Below are positions 50,096 through 60,606 of a stretch of 64,000 nucleotides of DNA, piece by piece. Below the pieces are notes generated by a model that saw only the letters and a program-made list of their open reading frames with translations, did no database searches and had not been told where the DNA came from. The first letter of the stretch is position 1. Each line of letters begins with the position of its first letter. The stretch comes from an uncultured Chloroflexia bacterium (GTDB lineage: Bacteria; Chloroflexota; Limnocylindria; Limnocylindrales; CSP1-4): positions 64,001 to 128,000 of the forward strand of contig CAVPPB010000002.1 of assembly GCA_963707215.1 (NCBI GenBank). Reading direction: 5' to 3'. A program made the position numbers and the translations under genes.

Positions 50096-50299
50096 CGGTC
50101 CTCCCGTGAGCATGAGGGTCCGGGTGGCGTCGGGCGACGCCGGCCGAACCTCAGGATAGCGAGCCCGACGGCGATCCCCATGGGCTGGCCGGACCGTCCC
50201 GTGACGACGCGGGACCGATGACGGGGGGCCATCCGGTGCGGTAGGGTCCGAGCCGAGGGAGTCGCCGCCCGAGCGGTGGGCCCGACCGAGGAGGGAGCC

Positions 50300-52186
50300 A
50301 TGAGCGACGGCGCCACGGCGCCCCGCGACCGATCCGGCGCCCTCGCCGCGGCTACGCGATACCTGCCCGGGATCGGCGTCCTGATCTCGTACCAGCGGTC
50401 CTGGCTTCCCCGCGACATCGGGGCCGGCCTCGTCCTCACGGCGATCCTGGTGCCGGCCGGCATGGGCTATGCGGAGGCATCCGGCCTGCCGGCGATCACC
50501 GGCCTCTATGCCACGATCGTCCCGCTGCTCGTCTACGCGCTCGTCGGACCGTCCCGCATCCTCGTCCTCGGCCCGGACTCGTCGCTCGTCGCCCTCATCG
50601 CGGCCGCCGTGCTGCCGCTCGCGGCCGGCGATCCGGAGCGAGCCGTCGCGGTCGCCGGGCTCCTGGCCCTCATGACCGGCGCCATCATCGCGGTCCTCGG
50701 GATCGCCCGGCTCGGGTTCATCACCGAGCTCCTCTCGGACCCCGTCCGGAACGGCTACCTGACCGGGATCGCGGTGACCGTCGTGGTGTCCCAGCTGCCG
50801 AAGCTGTTCGGCTTCTCCGTCGACGCGGTCGGCTTCATCGGTGACCTGCTGGCGTTCGTCGGCGGGATCGCCGACGGCCTCACCGAGCCGGTCGCCCTCG
50901 CCCTTGGCGTGGGATCGCTGGCGGTCATCTACGGTCTCCGGGCCATCCGCTTCCCGATCCCGGGGATCCTCGTGGCCGTCGTCGCCGCGACATTGGTGTC
51001 GGCCGTGCTCGGACTGGAGGCGGCGGCCGGGATCTCGGTCGTCGGCGTGCTGCCCAGCGGTCTGCCAGGCTTCTCGGTGCCGCCGCTCGAGCTGGGCCTG
51101 GTCATCGACCTGGCCCCGGCCGCCATCGGCATCGCCGTCGTCGCGGCCGCCGACACCAGCGTCCTGTCGCGCACCTTCGCGGCCCGCCACGGCGACGACG
51201 TCGACCCGGACCAGGAGCTCGTGGGCCTCGGGGCGGCCAACGCAGTGGCGGGATTCTTCAGCGGCTTCCCGATCTCGTCCAGCTCGTCGCGGACCCCGGT
51301 GGCCGAAGCAGCCGGCGCCCGGACCCAGCTGACCGGGGTCGTCGGGGCGCTCGCGGTCACCGGCCTCATCGTCTTCGCTCCCGGGCTGCTGGCCGCGCTG
51401 CCGAGCGCGACCCTGGCCGCCGTGGTCATCGTCGCCGCGACCTCGCTCGTGGACCTTCGCTCCCTGGTCCGGCTTTATCGGGTCCGTCGCTCGGAGTTCC
51501 TGCTGGCCCTCGTCTCGTTCGGCGGCGTCGTCTTCCTCGGCGTCATCCAGGGGATCTTCCTGGCCGTCGCGATGTCGCTCCTGGCGTTCGTCCGCCGGTC
51601 GTGGCAACCGCACGACGCCATCCTGGGCCGAGCCAAGGGCGTCAAGGGCTACCACGATCTCGCCTACTACCCCAGTGCCCGGCGGATCCCGGGGCTGCTC
51701 CTGTACCGGTTCGACGCCCCGCTGTTCTTCGCCAACGCGGACCTCTTCGCGGACCGGGTCCTCGCCCGGATCCGGAGCGCACCGGAGCCCGTCCGCTGGG
51801 TCGTCGTGGCAGCCGAGCCCGTCACGGACGTCGACACGACCGCGGCGGCCAGGCTGGACCTCCTGCTCGACGACCTGGAGCAGCGGGGGATCGTGCTGGC
51901 CTTCGCCGGCCTCAAGGACTTCGTCAAGGACCGCCTCCGGGCGACCGGGACGCTCGAGCGGATCGGGGAGGACCGCTGCTACCCGACGATGGGGACGGCC
52001 GTCGACGCCTACGTCGAGGCGACGGGGACCGACTGGATCGACTGGGAGGAGGCAGCCGAGGCCGGTCGGGCCGACGCCTGGGGCGGAGGCGCGCCGGGCG
52101 AGGACGTGGGCCCGCCGGCCCCCGATCAGGTCCCTCCCGACGACGGGACCCCGGGGACGGGGCCGACCGACCGTCCGACCGACTAG
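50300..52186 (+). CDS. SulP/SLC26 anion transporter with STAS domain
   Basis: DIGAGLVLTAILVPAGMGYAEASGLP, GPDS, DQEL, SSSRT, YRFDAPLFFANA, TDVDTTAA. Confidence 0.94.
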   Translation: MSDGATAPRDRSGALAAATRYLPGIGVLISYQRSWLPRDIGAGLVLTAILVPAGMGYAEASGLPAITGLYATIVPLLVYALVGPSRILVLGPDSSLVALIAAAVLPLAAGDPERAVAVAGLLALMTGAIIAVLGIARLGFITELLSDPVRNGYLTGIAVTVVVSQLPKLFGFSVDAVGFIGDLLAFVGGIADGLTEPVALALGVGSLAVIYGLRAIRFPIPGILVAVVAATLVSAVLGLEAAAGISVVGVLPSGLPGFSVPPLELGLVIDLAPAAIGIAVVAAADTSVLSRTFAARHGDDVDPDQELVGLGAANAVAGFFSGFPISSSSSRTPVAEAAGARTQLTGVVGALAVTGLIVFAPGLLAALPSATLAAVVIVAATSLVDLRSLVRLYRVRRSEFLLALVSFGGVVFLGVIQGIFLAVAMSLLAFVRRSWQPHDAILGRAKGVKGYHDLAYYPSARRIPGLLLYRFDAPLFFANADLFADRVLARIRSAPEPVRWVVVAAEPVTDVDTTAAARLDLLLDDLEQRGIVLAFAGLKDFVKDRLRATGTLERIGEDRCYPTMGTAVDAYVEATGTDWIDWEEAAEAGRADAWGGGAPGEDVGPPAPDQVPPDDGTPGTGPTDRPTD

Positions 52187-53092
52187 GCCGGGGTGTCCTT
52201 CGAGCGCCGGTAGGCGACGTAGCCCAGGCCACCCACGACGACCGCGGCTGCGACGACCAGCAGCGCGAGCAGGCCCGTGGAGATGCCCTCGTCACCACCG
52301 GGTTCGGTCGGTCCCGGGGATGCTTCGGGGCTGGGGCTCGGACTCGGGCTGGGGCTCGGACTCGGGCTGGGGCTCGGCTCGGGCGACGGGCTGGGGCTGG
52401 GGCTCGGGCTCGGCTCCGGCGACGGGCTGGGCGCGGCTCGGGCGACGGGCTGGGGCTCGCCTCGGGCGACGGGCTGGGCTCGCCTCGGGCGACGGGCTCG
52501 CCTCCGGCGACGGGCTCGCCTCCGGCGACGGGCTGGGCTCCGGCGACGGGCTGGGCTCCGGCGACGGGCTGGGCTCCGGCGACGGCTCACGCGACGGGAG
52601 CAGGCCCGGGACCTCGACGTCGCAGGGCAGGTCTTCGATCCGCGAGATCACGAGCAGGGCGGCGCCGAGCAGCGTGGCCGCTCGGTCGATCGCATCGAGC
52701 GCCGCCTGGACGGCCTCGACGTCACCGGCCGCGATCGCCGTCCGGAGCTCGGACGATGCGGCCTCGATCGCATCGAGCGCCTGGTTCAGCTGATCCTTCA
52801 GGCCCGGTGCCTCCGGGATGTCCGGCAGGTCGGCGACGGCCTGGCGGGCCTGCTCGACCAGCGCGTCCAGGCGGTCGAGCGACGCAAGGGCCGCCTCGGA
52901 TTCGGGAGAGCCCGGGGTCGCGATGGCCTGCGCGTCGCCGTCCGCGATCTCGCTCAGCTCGGCGTGCAGGGACTCGAGCGACGGGACGGCGCGGCAGAGC
53001 GCGTCGGCGGCGTCACTGGGAAGAGCCGGCAGGGAGCAGGCGCCAAGAAGGAGGGCGCTGGCGAGCGCGAGCGCGGCGAGAAGACGGGTCAA
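52183..53092 (-). CDS. lipoprotein/surface protein with SPEPSP repeats and a C-terminal TM anchor (frameshifted within the repeat)
   Basis: Lipobox LLGAC, helical domain, 18-bp repeat tract, then GLLALLVVAAAVVVGGLGYVAYRR in another frame. Confidence 0.65.
52327..52590. repeat. 18-bp/6-bp coding tandem repeats (SPEPSP/SPEASP)
   Basis: Repeated GGCGACGGGCTGGGCTCC and GGGCTGGGGCTCGGACTC-like units. Confidence 0.85.
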
Positions 53093-53307
53093 CGGTGAGC
53101 TCCTGGTGGGATGTACGGCTGCGGTCCCCCCGGGGTCGCGAAGCGGCCGTCATGATACCGGGCCCGGGAGGATCCGGTGCTCGGCGACCCGGTCACCGAC
53201 CCGGCAGACGCGTTCGAGCGGCCATGCTGACCTTCGGCCCTGCCTGCTTCTCGGGTTCCGTCGGACGATCGGCCCGTTCAAGCGACATGTGTCCGAGGGA
53301 GGCATCA

Positions 53308-53571
53308 ATGGACATCCGTACCGAGGCCGGACGGCTGGCCAGCGTCGCCACGTTCTTCGTCGTGGTCGGCTGGCTCTTCGTGATCTACGCCCTGGTGGCC
53401 GGGGTCTTCTGGTGGATCGACCTGGCGGGCAAGGACGCCTTCAACTTCCTGGAGGCCCTGGCCCTGTCGGCGAGCGCGATCGCCGGCCCCATCTTCCTGG
53501 CCCTTCTCGTCGCGGGCCTGGGCCATTCGATGCGGCTCTTCGCCCTGTACGTGGCCAGCAAGAGCAGCTGA
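53308..53571 (+). CDS. small 2-TM membrane protein
   Basis: GGAGG RBS; MDIRTEAGRL... with two hydrophobic helices. Confidence 0.7.
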   Translation: MDIRTEAGRLASVATFFVVVGWLFVIYALVAGVFWWIDLAGKDAFNFLEALALSASAIAGPIFLALLVAGLGHSMRLFALYVASKSS

Positions 53572-53707
53572 CCCATCGCCGCGAGGACGGCCGCTCGACG
53601 ATGTCCGTCGGGCGGCCGATACTCGTCCAGGCGAACCGCCAGACCGCTCTGTTCACGGGTGCGGGGCCAGACGGCCCGGTCGCCCGCACCCACTGGGAGA
53701 TGAACGA

Positions 53708-54223
53708 ATGTTGCGACGACGAGGCGGTGACGCACCGACCAACGCCTACAAGATGCGCGAGCGCATGTTCTCGATCGGCGACGATTTCTGGGTCGAGGAC
53801 GGCGCCGGCCAGCGGGCCTTCCTCGTCGACGGCAAGGCGCTCCGGGTCCGCGAGACGCTCGAGCTCAAGGATCCCGGCGGCGCGGTCCTCTTCACGATCA
53901 AGGAGAAGCTCGTCTCGATCCGCGACGTCATGACGATCGAGAAGAACGGCCAACCGGCCGCGACGGTCAAGAAGGCCCTGATCTCGCCCCTCCGGGAGCG
54001 CTACAACGTCGAGTTCGCCGACGGCAAGGAGTGGAAGGTCCAGGGCAACATCGTCGACCACGAGTACGAGATCGACGGGCCCGCCGGCCGGATCGCCAAG
54101 GTCTCCAAGGCCTGGTTCCGGATCCGTGACACGTACGGGATCGAGGTCGCCCCGGACCAGGACGACGCGATGGTCGTCGCGGTCGCCATCGTGGTCGATC
54201 AGATGAGCCACGACATCGGCTGA
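53708..54223 (+). CDS. LURP-one-related/scramblase (Tubby C-like) protein
   Basis: YKMRERMFSIGDDFWVED, VDGKALRVRET, VQGNIVDHEY, SKAWFRIRDTYG. Confidence 0.87.
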   Translation: MLRRRGGDAPTNAYKMRERMFSIGDDFWVEDGAGQRAFLVDGKALRVRETLELKDPGGAVLFTIKEKLVSIRDVMTIEKNGQPAATVKKALISPLRERYNVEFADGKEWKVQGNIVDHEYEIDGPAGRIAKVSKAWFRIRDTYGIEVAPDQDDAMVVAVAIVVDQMSHDIG

Positions 54224-54466
54224 CGGGCCGGCTTCCGACCGACAAGATCGGCCGAACCCTTCGCGACCGGCGGCCGCTCGGCAGGGTCGGGCCGACCTCG
54301 TGGACCCGTCGCGTAGGGCCGCCGGCCCCCCGGCTTCGGTCCGGCCGGACCGGGTGCGGCGAGGCGGGGCGGGTCATCCTTGGAGCCGTCCCGAGCCCCC
54401 TTGCGCTCGCCCACGCCCCGCGGTCGTCGGAGGGAAGCGGCCGCCGTCCACCACGGAGTCATCGCC

Positions 54467-55462
54467 ATGAAGCGCCTGCTCGGCCCGCTCGTCGCGGGCC
54501 TCCTGCTCCTGGGTCTCGCCCCGGCCGCCCTTGCCCAGGACGGGATGGAGGACCTTGGCCACGTCCTCGTCTCCATCAACGGATCGGTCGAGGTGGCCGA
54601 GGGCGAGCGGACCGAGGTCCTGGTCGCCGTGAACGCCTCTGCCGGGGTCGCAGGGACGTCGGAGACCGCGGTAGTCATCAACGGTGACGCCGAGGTCAGC
54701 GGCGCGACGGAGACCGTGGTCGTGATCAACGGCGACGTGGTCCTCGAAGGGGCCGACGTCTCGAGCGTCGTCGTCGTCGGCGGTACGGCCACGATCGGAG
54801 CGGGCAGCGTGGTGTCGGGCGACGTCATGACCGTCAACGGGACCGCCACCGTCGACCCCGGCGCGACGGTCGCCGGCGAGGTCCGCGACATCGGTCCCGA
54901 GCTGGCCGCGCTGGGGATCATCCTGGTCCCCGCCCTGCTGCTGTTGGCGATCGGCGCTGCGCTGGTGACGATCGTCGTCGCCCTGTTCATCGCCGCGCTG
55001 GCGTCGCGCCAGGTCCGGGCGGCCGAGTGGCTCATCAGCAACGAGCCCGGGCCCAGCCTCCTGTTCGGCTTCCTCGGCGTCTTCATCCTGCCGCTGCTGG
55101 GGGTCCTGGCGCTGATCACCGTGATCGGCGCCCCGATCGGGCTCGTCTTCCTCTTCTCGGTCCTGCCGACGCTCGCCTACTTCGGCTGGATCGTGGCGGC
55201 GATCTGGCTCGGCGACTGGGTGCTCGGCCGGACCACCTCGGGGCGCCAGGCCGAGCGGCCGTACCTGGCGGCGGTCCTGGGGGTGATCCTCCTCGGGGCG
55301 ATCGGGCTCATCCCCGTCGCCGGCTCGATCGCCGGGCTGGTCGCCAGCCTCTTCGGCCTGGGGTCGCTGCTGCTCCTCGGCTGGCGGACCTACCGGCGCG
55401 AGCCGGTCCCGGGCCCGAGCGCACCCGCCGTGGGTCCGCCCGCGGCCCAGCCGGTCGCCTGA
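54467..55462 (+). CDS. membrane protein with N-terminal beta-helix (bactofilin-like) repeats
   Basis: Signal peptide (ALA), repeated VVINGD units, then about 5 TM helices. Confidence 0.7.
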   Translation: MKRLLGPLVAGLLLLGLAPAALAQDGMEDLGHVLVSINGSVEVAEGERTEVLVAVNASAGVAGTSETAVVINGDAEVSGATETVVVINGDVVLEGADVSSVVVVGGTATIGAGSVVSGDVMTVNGTATVDPGATVAGEVRDIGPELAALGIILVPALLLLAIGAALVTIVVALFIAALASRQVRAAEWLISNEPGPSLLFGFLGVFILPLLGVLALITVIGAPIGLVFLFSVLPTLAYFGWIVAAIWLGDWVLGRTTSGRQAERPYLAAVLGVILLGAIGLIPVAGSIAGLVASLFGLGSLLLLGWRTYRREPVPGPSAPAVGPPAAQPVA

Positions 55463-55546
55463 CCCGAGCCGGCGGCGCCGGCGCCCTGACAGCCGCCCGC
55501 GGCCCCGCTATGGTCGCCGCACGTCGTTCCTACCCGTCGGACGGAG

Positions 55547-56302
55547 GTGCCCGTGGACTGGCTGCCGACCATCGCTGCGGTCGTCATCGGCTACCTCGTG
55601 GGCTCGATCTCGTTCGCCCGGATCGTCCTGCGGTCGGTCCGGCCCGAGGCTCGGCTCGAGCCGATCGAGGTCGAGCTGCCGGGCGGCGAGACCTTCGTCA
55701 GCGACAGCGTCAGCGCGACCGCGGTCCGGATGCAGGCCGGCCCGCGCTTCGGATGCCTCACGGCGATCCTCGACATGGCCAAGGTCGCCGTCCCGACCCT
55801 GGCCTTCCGTCTCTGGGCGCCGGACCAGCCCTACTACCTGATCGTCGCGGCCGCGGCCATCGTCGGCCACGACTGGCCGTTCCTGGGGCGGATCCGGGGT
55901 GGCCGCGGCGAGTCCGCTCTCTACGGCGGTGTCGTCGTCATCGACCCGCTGGCCATCGTCGGAACGACCCTGATCGGCGCGCTCCTCGGCTTCGTCGTCG
56001 GCAACATCCTGGTCCTCCGCTGGGCCGGGATGATCCTGCTCATCCCCTGGATGGGGCTCTCCAGCGGCGACCCGTGGACGCTGGCCTACATCGTCTTCGC
56101 CGTCGGGACCTACTTCGTGGCGATGATCCCGGAGCTCCGCCAGTACGCCGCGATGCTCGGTCACTCGACCGACCCGACGAACGAGGAGATCGCCGTCGAG
56201 TTCGCGATGGGCGCCGGCCTGGGGCGGGCCATGGACCGCTACGGCCTGATCCCCCGGTTGCGTCGACGGGCACGCGGCGACCAGGATCGGCCGGAGGTCT
56301 GA
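55547..56302 (+). CDS. divergent PlsY-like acyltransferase
   Basis: [28 protein letters not shown]; motif 1 (GSGNxGxTN) and motif 3 (HxxN) are not conserved. Confidence 0.75.
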   Translation: MPVDWLPTIAAVVIGYLVGSISFARIVLRSVRPEARLEPIEVELPGGETFVSDSVSATAVRMQAGPRFGCLTAILDMAKVAVPTLAFRLWAPDQPYYLIVAAAAIVGHDWPFLGRIRGGRGESALYGGVVVIDPLAIVGTTLIGALLGFVVGNILVLRWAGMILLIPWMGLSSGDPWTLAYIVFAVGTYFVAMIPELRQYAAMLGHSTDPTNEEIAVEFAMGAGLGRAMDRYGLIPRLRRRARGDQDRPEV

Positions 56303-56311
56303 CCCCGTCCT

Positions 56312-56347
56312 GGTCACGGGCGCATCGCCCCGGTCACGGGCGCATCG
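56312..56347 (+). repeat. 16-bp direct repeat upstream of the ABC exporter promoter
   Basis: GGTCACGGGCGCATCG at 56312 and 56332 (20-bp period); TACACT at 56399-56404. Confidence 0.7.
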
Positions 56348-56457
56348 GCCCGCCCCGGCAGGCCGGTCGGCCGCTCCGGGTCCAAGCCCCGGCCCCGCTA
56401 CACTCGGCCGGGGCTCCCGAGCGCCCCGCTGCCCGAACGGAGCTCCGACCCGATCCG

Positions 56458-57231
56458 ATGACCGCTACCCCAGCCGACGGGGTCGACGCCGCCGCGACCG
56501 CGCCTGCCGAGCCCGCCATCCCCGACCGGCCCGCCACGCCGGGACCCGTCGTCGAGCTGCGCGACGTCGTCAAGGACTACCGGACCGACGCCGGGCCCTT
56601 CCGCGCGCTCGACGGGGTCGACCTCGAGATCGACCCGGGCGAGTTCGTGGCCATCGTCGGTCGCTCCGGTTGCGGCAAGTCGACGCTCCTCAACATGATC
56701 ACCGGGATCGACCGGGCGACGTCCGGGCAGGTCCGGGTCGCCGGCTCCGAGCTGGCCGCCTTCTCCGAGGATGCCCTGGCCCGCTGGCGGGGCCGGACCG
56801 TCGGGGTCGTCTTCCAGTTCTTCCAGCTCCTGCCGACGCTCTCGGTGCTCGAGAACGTCATGCTGCCGATGGATTTCCTGGGGGCCTACGGCAGCCGCGA
56901 GCGGCGGGAGCGGGCCATGGACCTGCTGGAGCAGGTCGATATGGTCGACCAGGCCGAGAAGCTCCCGCTCTCGACCTCCGGCGGTCAGCAGCAGCGGGTG
57001 GCCATCGCCCGAGCCCTGGCCAACGACCCCGCCCTCCTCGTCGCCGACGAGCCGACCGGCAACCTCGACTCGGCGACGGCCGAGAGCGTCTTCGAGCTCT
57101 TCCATGATCTCGCCGATCGCGGCACCACGGTCGTCATGGTGACCCACGACGTGGACCTGGCGGCCCGGACCCGGCGCATCGTCCACATGGCCGACGGCCG
57201 GATCACGGGTTCGGAGGCGACCGGTGGATAG
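56458..57231 (+). CDS. ABC transporter ATP-binding protein (LolD/MacB type)
   Basis: [42 protein letters not shown]. Confidence 0.94.
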   Translation: MTATPADGVDAAATAPAEPAIPDRPATPGPVVELRDVVKDYRTDAGPFRALDGVDLEIDPGEFVAIVGRSGCGKSTLLNMITGIDRATSGQVRVAGSELAAFSEDALARWRGRTVGVVFQFFQLLPTLSVLENVMLPMDFLGAYGSRERRERAMDLLEQVDMVDQAEKLPLSTSGGQQQRVAIARALANDPALLVADEPTGNLDSATAESVFELFHDLADRGTTVVMVTHDVDLAARTRRIVHMADGRITGSEATGG

Positions 57232-59617
57232 CGTCCGCTGGCGCAAGGTCGTCGGCGACCTGCTCGCCTACCGGGCCCGGACCGCGCTGGTGGTGGCCTC
57301 GATCGCCACCGGCGTCTTCGCCGTGGGCGCGATCGTCGGCAGCGACGCCATCCTCGGCGAGAGCCTCGACGCCGCGGCCGAGGCGAGCCGCCCGGCCAAC
57401 GCGACCTTCTACACCGCCATCGGCTTCGACCGGGAGCTGGTCGACGCCGTCGAGACGATGCCCGGGGTGGCCGAGGCCGAGGGACGACGGAGCGTCATCG
57501 TCAGGCTCGTCGCCGTCGACGGCGCGGAGGCCGGCTCCCGCGAGCTCCAGCTGACCGCGATCCCTGACTTCGCCGACCAGCGGATCGACCTCGTCGAGGC
57601 CGAGTCAGGTGCCTTCCCTCCGCGCCGAGGAGAGATCGCCCTGGAGCGATCGGCCCAGCGGGTCGTCGACATCGCGCCCGGCCAGGCGGTCACGATCCGG
57701 ACCCCGGGAGGCGACGAGCACGGGCTCGACGTCGCCGGGCTGGCCCACGAGCCCGGAGCGTCGCCGGCCTTCTACTTCGGCCGCCTCAATGGCTACGTGA
57801 CCTTCGAGACGCTCGAGGACCTCGGCTGGACGAACGACTTCGACGAGCTCCGGATCCGGGCCGACGATCCGACGGCGGCCGAGGCCGACATCCGCGCCCT
57901 GGCCGACGACGTCCGCCAGCGGATCGAGCGGGCCGGGACCCCGGTGACCTTCGCCCTCATCCCCGAGCCCGGCAAGCACCCGTCGCAGGAGCTGATCGGC
58001 GCGGTCTTCCTGGTCCTCGGCTTCCTCGGCTTCCTCTCGCTCCTCGTCGGGGGGTTCCTGGTCGTCAACACCATCGCCGTCATCATGGCCCAGCAGACCC
58101 GCCAGATCGGGATCATGAAGGCCGTCGGGGGGACCCGTCGCCAGATCGCCGGGATGTACCTCGCCCTGGTGCTGGCGTACGCCCTCGTCGCCCTGGCGAT
58201 CGCCATCCCCCTCGCCGCGATCGGCTCGTACCTGCTGGCCGTGCTGGCCGCCGGCCTGCTCAACTTCGACGTGACCCGGGCCCTCGTGCCGCTCCACGTC
58301 ATCGTCCTGGAAGTGGCCATCGGCGTCCTCGTGCCGGTCGTCGCGGCGCTCGTCCCGGTCCTCCGCGGCGCCCGGGTCACCGTCCACGACGCCCTGGCCG
58401 ATCCGGGGGTCGCCGAGCACTTCGGCCACGGCGCCCTCGACCGGCTCCTCGGACGGCTGCGGGGGCTCTCGCGGCCCGTCCTGCTCTCGATCCGGAACAC
58501 GTTCCGGCGGAAGGGTCGCCTGGTGCTCACCCTGGCCGCCCTCGCCATCGGCGGCGCCGTCTTCATGACGATCTTCACCGTCCGCTCGTCGCTCAGCTCG
58601 ACCCTCGACGACACCGTCCGCTACTTCGACTACGACGTCCAGGTCGAGCTGGCCGAGCCGACCCGATCCGAACGGGTCGTCGAGGAGACGCTCCGGGTCC
58701 CCGGCGTCGTGGCGGCGGAGCCCTGGCGGTTCGCCAGCTCGATCCGGGTCCGGCCCGACGGGAGCGAGAGCGGCTCGCTGGTGACCTTCGGGCTGCCGGA
58801 GGACACCCAGACCGTCGACCCGATCATCGTCGCCGGCCGCTGGCTGCTGCCCGGCGAGGGCAATGCCGTCGTGGCCACCGCCAACATCGTCCGTGACGAG
58901 CCCGACCTCGAGCTCGGCGACCCGGTCGTCCTGCGGGTCAACGGTCGCGAGGCGACCTGGACGCTCGTCGGCATCGTCCAGTCGCCGACGATGGCGCCGT
59001 TCCTCTACGTGGGCTCGGCTCCGCTCGACCGCGTCACCGGGCGGATCGGCGAGGCCGGGATCGTCATGGTCAAGACCGACGACCATGGGCCGGAGGCGCA
59101 GGCGACGGCCGCCCGGGCCGTCCGCGAGCAGCTCGAGGCCGCAGGGATCGGGGTCGCGGCGACCACCACGACGTCCGACGTGATGGGCACGATCGACACC
59201 CTCTTCACCACCCTCGTCCTGTTCGTCTCGGTCATGGCCGTGCTGCTCGGCGTCGTCGGCGGCCTGGGTCTCGCCGGGACGATGACGATGAACGTCGTCG
59301 AGCGGGCCCGCGAGATCGGCATCATCCGGGCCATCGGGGCGACCCGCCGGGCCGTCCTCCTGATCTTCGTCGCCGAGGGCGTCATGATCGGACTCCTCGC
59401 CTGGGGGATCGGCGCGGGTCTCTCGCTGCCGCTGAGCAAGCTCATCTCGGACCAGCTGGGCGACGTCTTCGTCCAGCGGCCGCTGGCCTTCTCGCCCTCC
59501 CTCGAGGGGTTCGCGATGTGGCTGGCCGTCGTGCTGGTCCTGTCCGTCCTGGGGAGCATCGCCCCCGCCTGGCGGGCTGCCCGGATGGCGGTCCGCGAGG
59601 TGCTGGCCTATGAGTGA
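57224..59617 (+). CDS. FtsX/MacB-type ABC permease (two repeats)
   Basis: [13 protein letters not shown] and [14 protein letters not shown] motifs; C-terminal [17 protein letters not shown]. Confidence 0.92.
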   Translation: MDSVRWRKVVGDLLAYRARTALVVASIATGVFAVGAIVGSDAILGESLDAAAEASRPANATFYTAIGFDRELVDAVETMPGVAEAEGRRSVIVRLVAVDGAEAGSRELQLTAIPDFADQRIDLVEAESGAFPPRRGEIALERSAQRVVDIAPGQAVTIRTPGGDEHGLDVAGLAHEPGASPAFYFGRLNGYVTFETLEDLGWTNDFDELRIRADDPTAAEADIRALADDVRQRIERAGTPVTFALIPEPGKHPSQELIGAVFLVLGFLGFLSLLVGGFLVVNTIAVIMAQQTRQIGIMKAVGGTRRQIAGMYLALVLAYALVALAIAIPLAAIGSYLLAVLAAGLLNFDVTRALVPLHVIVLEVAIGVLVPVVAALVPVLRGARVTVHDALADPGVAEHFGHGALDRLLGRLRGLSRPVLLSIRNTFRRKGRLVLTLAALAIGGAVFMTIFTVRSSLSSTLDDTVRYFDYDVQVELAEPTRSERVVEETLRVPGVVAAEPWRFASSIRVRPDGSESGSLVTFGLPEDTQTVDPIIVAGRWLLPGEGNAVVATANIVRDEPDLELGDPVVLRVNGREATWTLVGIVQSPTMAPFLYVGSAPLDRVTGRIGEAGIVMVKTDDHGPEAQATAARAVREQLEAAGIGVAATTTTSDVMGTIDTLFTTLVLFVSVMAVLLGVVGGLGLAGTMTMNVVERAREIGIIRAIGATRRAVLLIFVAEGVMIGLLAWGIGAGLSLPLSKLISDQLGDVFVQRPLAFSPSLEGFAMWLAVVLVLSVLGSIAPAWRAARMAVREVLAYE

Positions 59618-60602
59618 GGAACGTCGCATGGATCGCCGCCCGGTCGTCATCGCCGCCATCGCCATCGTGGCCGTGGTCGCGATCGCCCTCGTCGTGCTCG
59701 CGTCCGGGATCGTCGGCGGGCCGGGTGTCGGGGCGACCCCGACGCCGCTGCCGCCGGTCGCCGTGCCCGACGAGGTGACCGTCGAGGGTCGCGCCGTGCC
59801 GACGCGAGCCGCGGAGCTCGCGGCGACCGTCGCCGGCACGGTCGCCGAGGTCGCGGTGGAGGTGGGTGACGAGGTGGCCGCTGGAGCGACCATCGTGCGG
59901 CTCGATGCGGAGGCGGCGACGGCCGAGCTCGACGCCGCCCAGGCGGGTCTCGAGTCGGCGACGGCCCGGGCCGAACAGGCGGCGGCTGCGGTCCGCCAGG
60001 CCGAGGCCGGGGTGGACCAGGCCGAGGCCTCGCTACGGAGCGCCGAGGCCGCCGAGGACCAGGTACCGTCCGGCGCCTCGGCCGCGGCCAAGCGCCAGGC
60101 GGCGGCCCAGGTCGACGTGGCCGAGGCCGCCGTCGCCGGGGCCCGGGCCCAGCTGGAGGTCGCCCAGGCCGCGGCCCGAGCCGCCCAGGCCGATCAGGCC
60201 CGTGCCGAGGCGGCGCTCGATGGCGCCCGGGTCGGGGTCGAGCGCCACGCCTTCGTGGCTCCGTTCGCCGGCATCGTGGCTTCGGTCCACGTCGAGACGG
60301 GGCAGCTGGTCAGCCCGGGCTTCGTCGTCGTGCGGATCGCCGACACCGGCGACTGGACCTTCGAGACGACCGAGGTCGACGAGGCCGTCGTCGGCGAGAT
60401 CGTCGTCGGGGCGTCGGCCACCGTCCGCCTCGACGGGCTCCCGGACGTCGACATCCCGGCCACCGTGACCCGGGTCGGTCAGTACGGCGCCGAGCTCCAG
60501 GGCGACGTCCGCTTCACGGTCGTCGTCGAGCCCGACGGCGAGGTCCCCGAGGGCGTCCGCTGGAACATGACGGCGACGATCCGGATCTCGACCCCGGACT
60601 GA
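59610..60602 (+). CDS. HlyD/MacA-family membrane fusion (adaptor) protein
   Basis: N-terminal TM, lipoyl halves (GTVAEVAVEVGDEV; APFAGIV), Ala-rich coiled coil. Confidence 0.88.
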   Translation: MSEERRMDRRPVVIAAIAIVAVVAIALVVLASGIVGGPGVGATPTPLPPVAVPDEVTVEGRAVPTRAAELAATVAGTVAEVAVEVGDEVAAGATIVRLDAEAATAELDAAQAGLESATARAEQAAAAVRQAEAGVDQAEASLRSAEAAEDQVPSGASAAAKRQAAAQVDVAEAAVAGARAQLEVAQAAARAAQADQARAEAALDGARVGVERHAFVAPFAGIVASVHVETGQLVSPGFVVVRIADTGDWTFETTEVDEAVVGEIVVGASATVRLDGLPDVDIPATVTRVGQYGAELQGDVRFTVVVEPDGEVPEGVRWNMTATIRISTPD

Positions 60603-60606
60603 TCCG

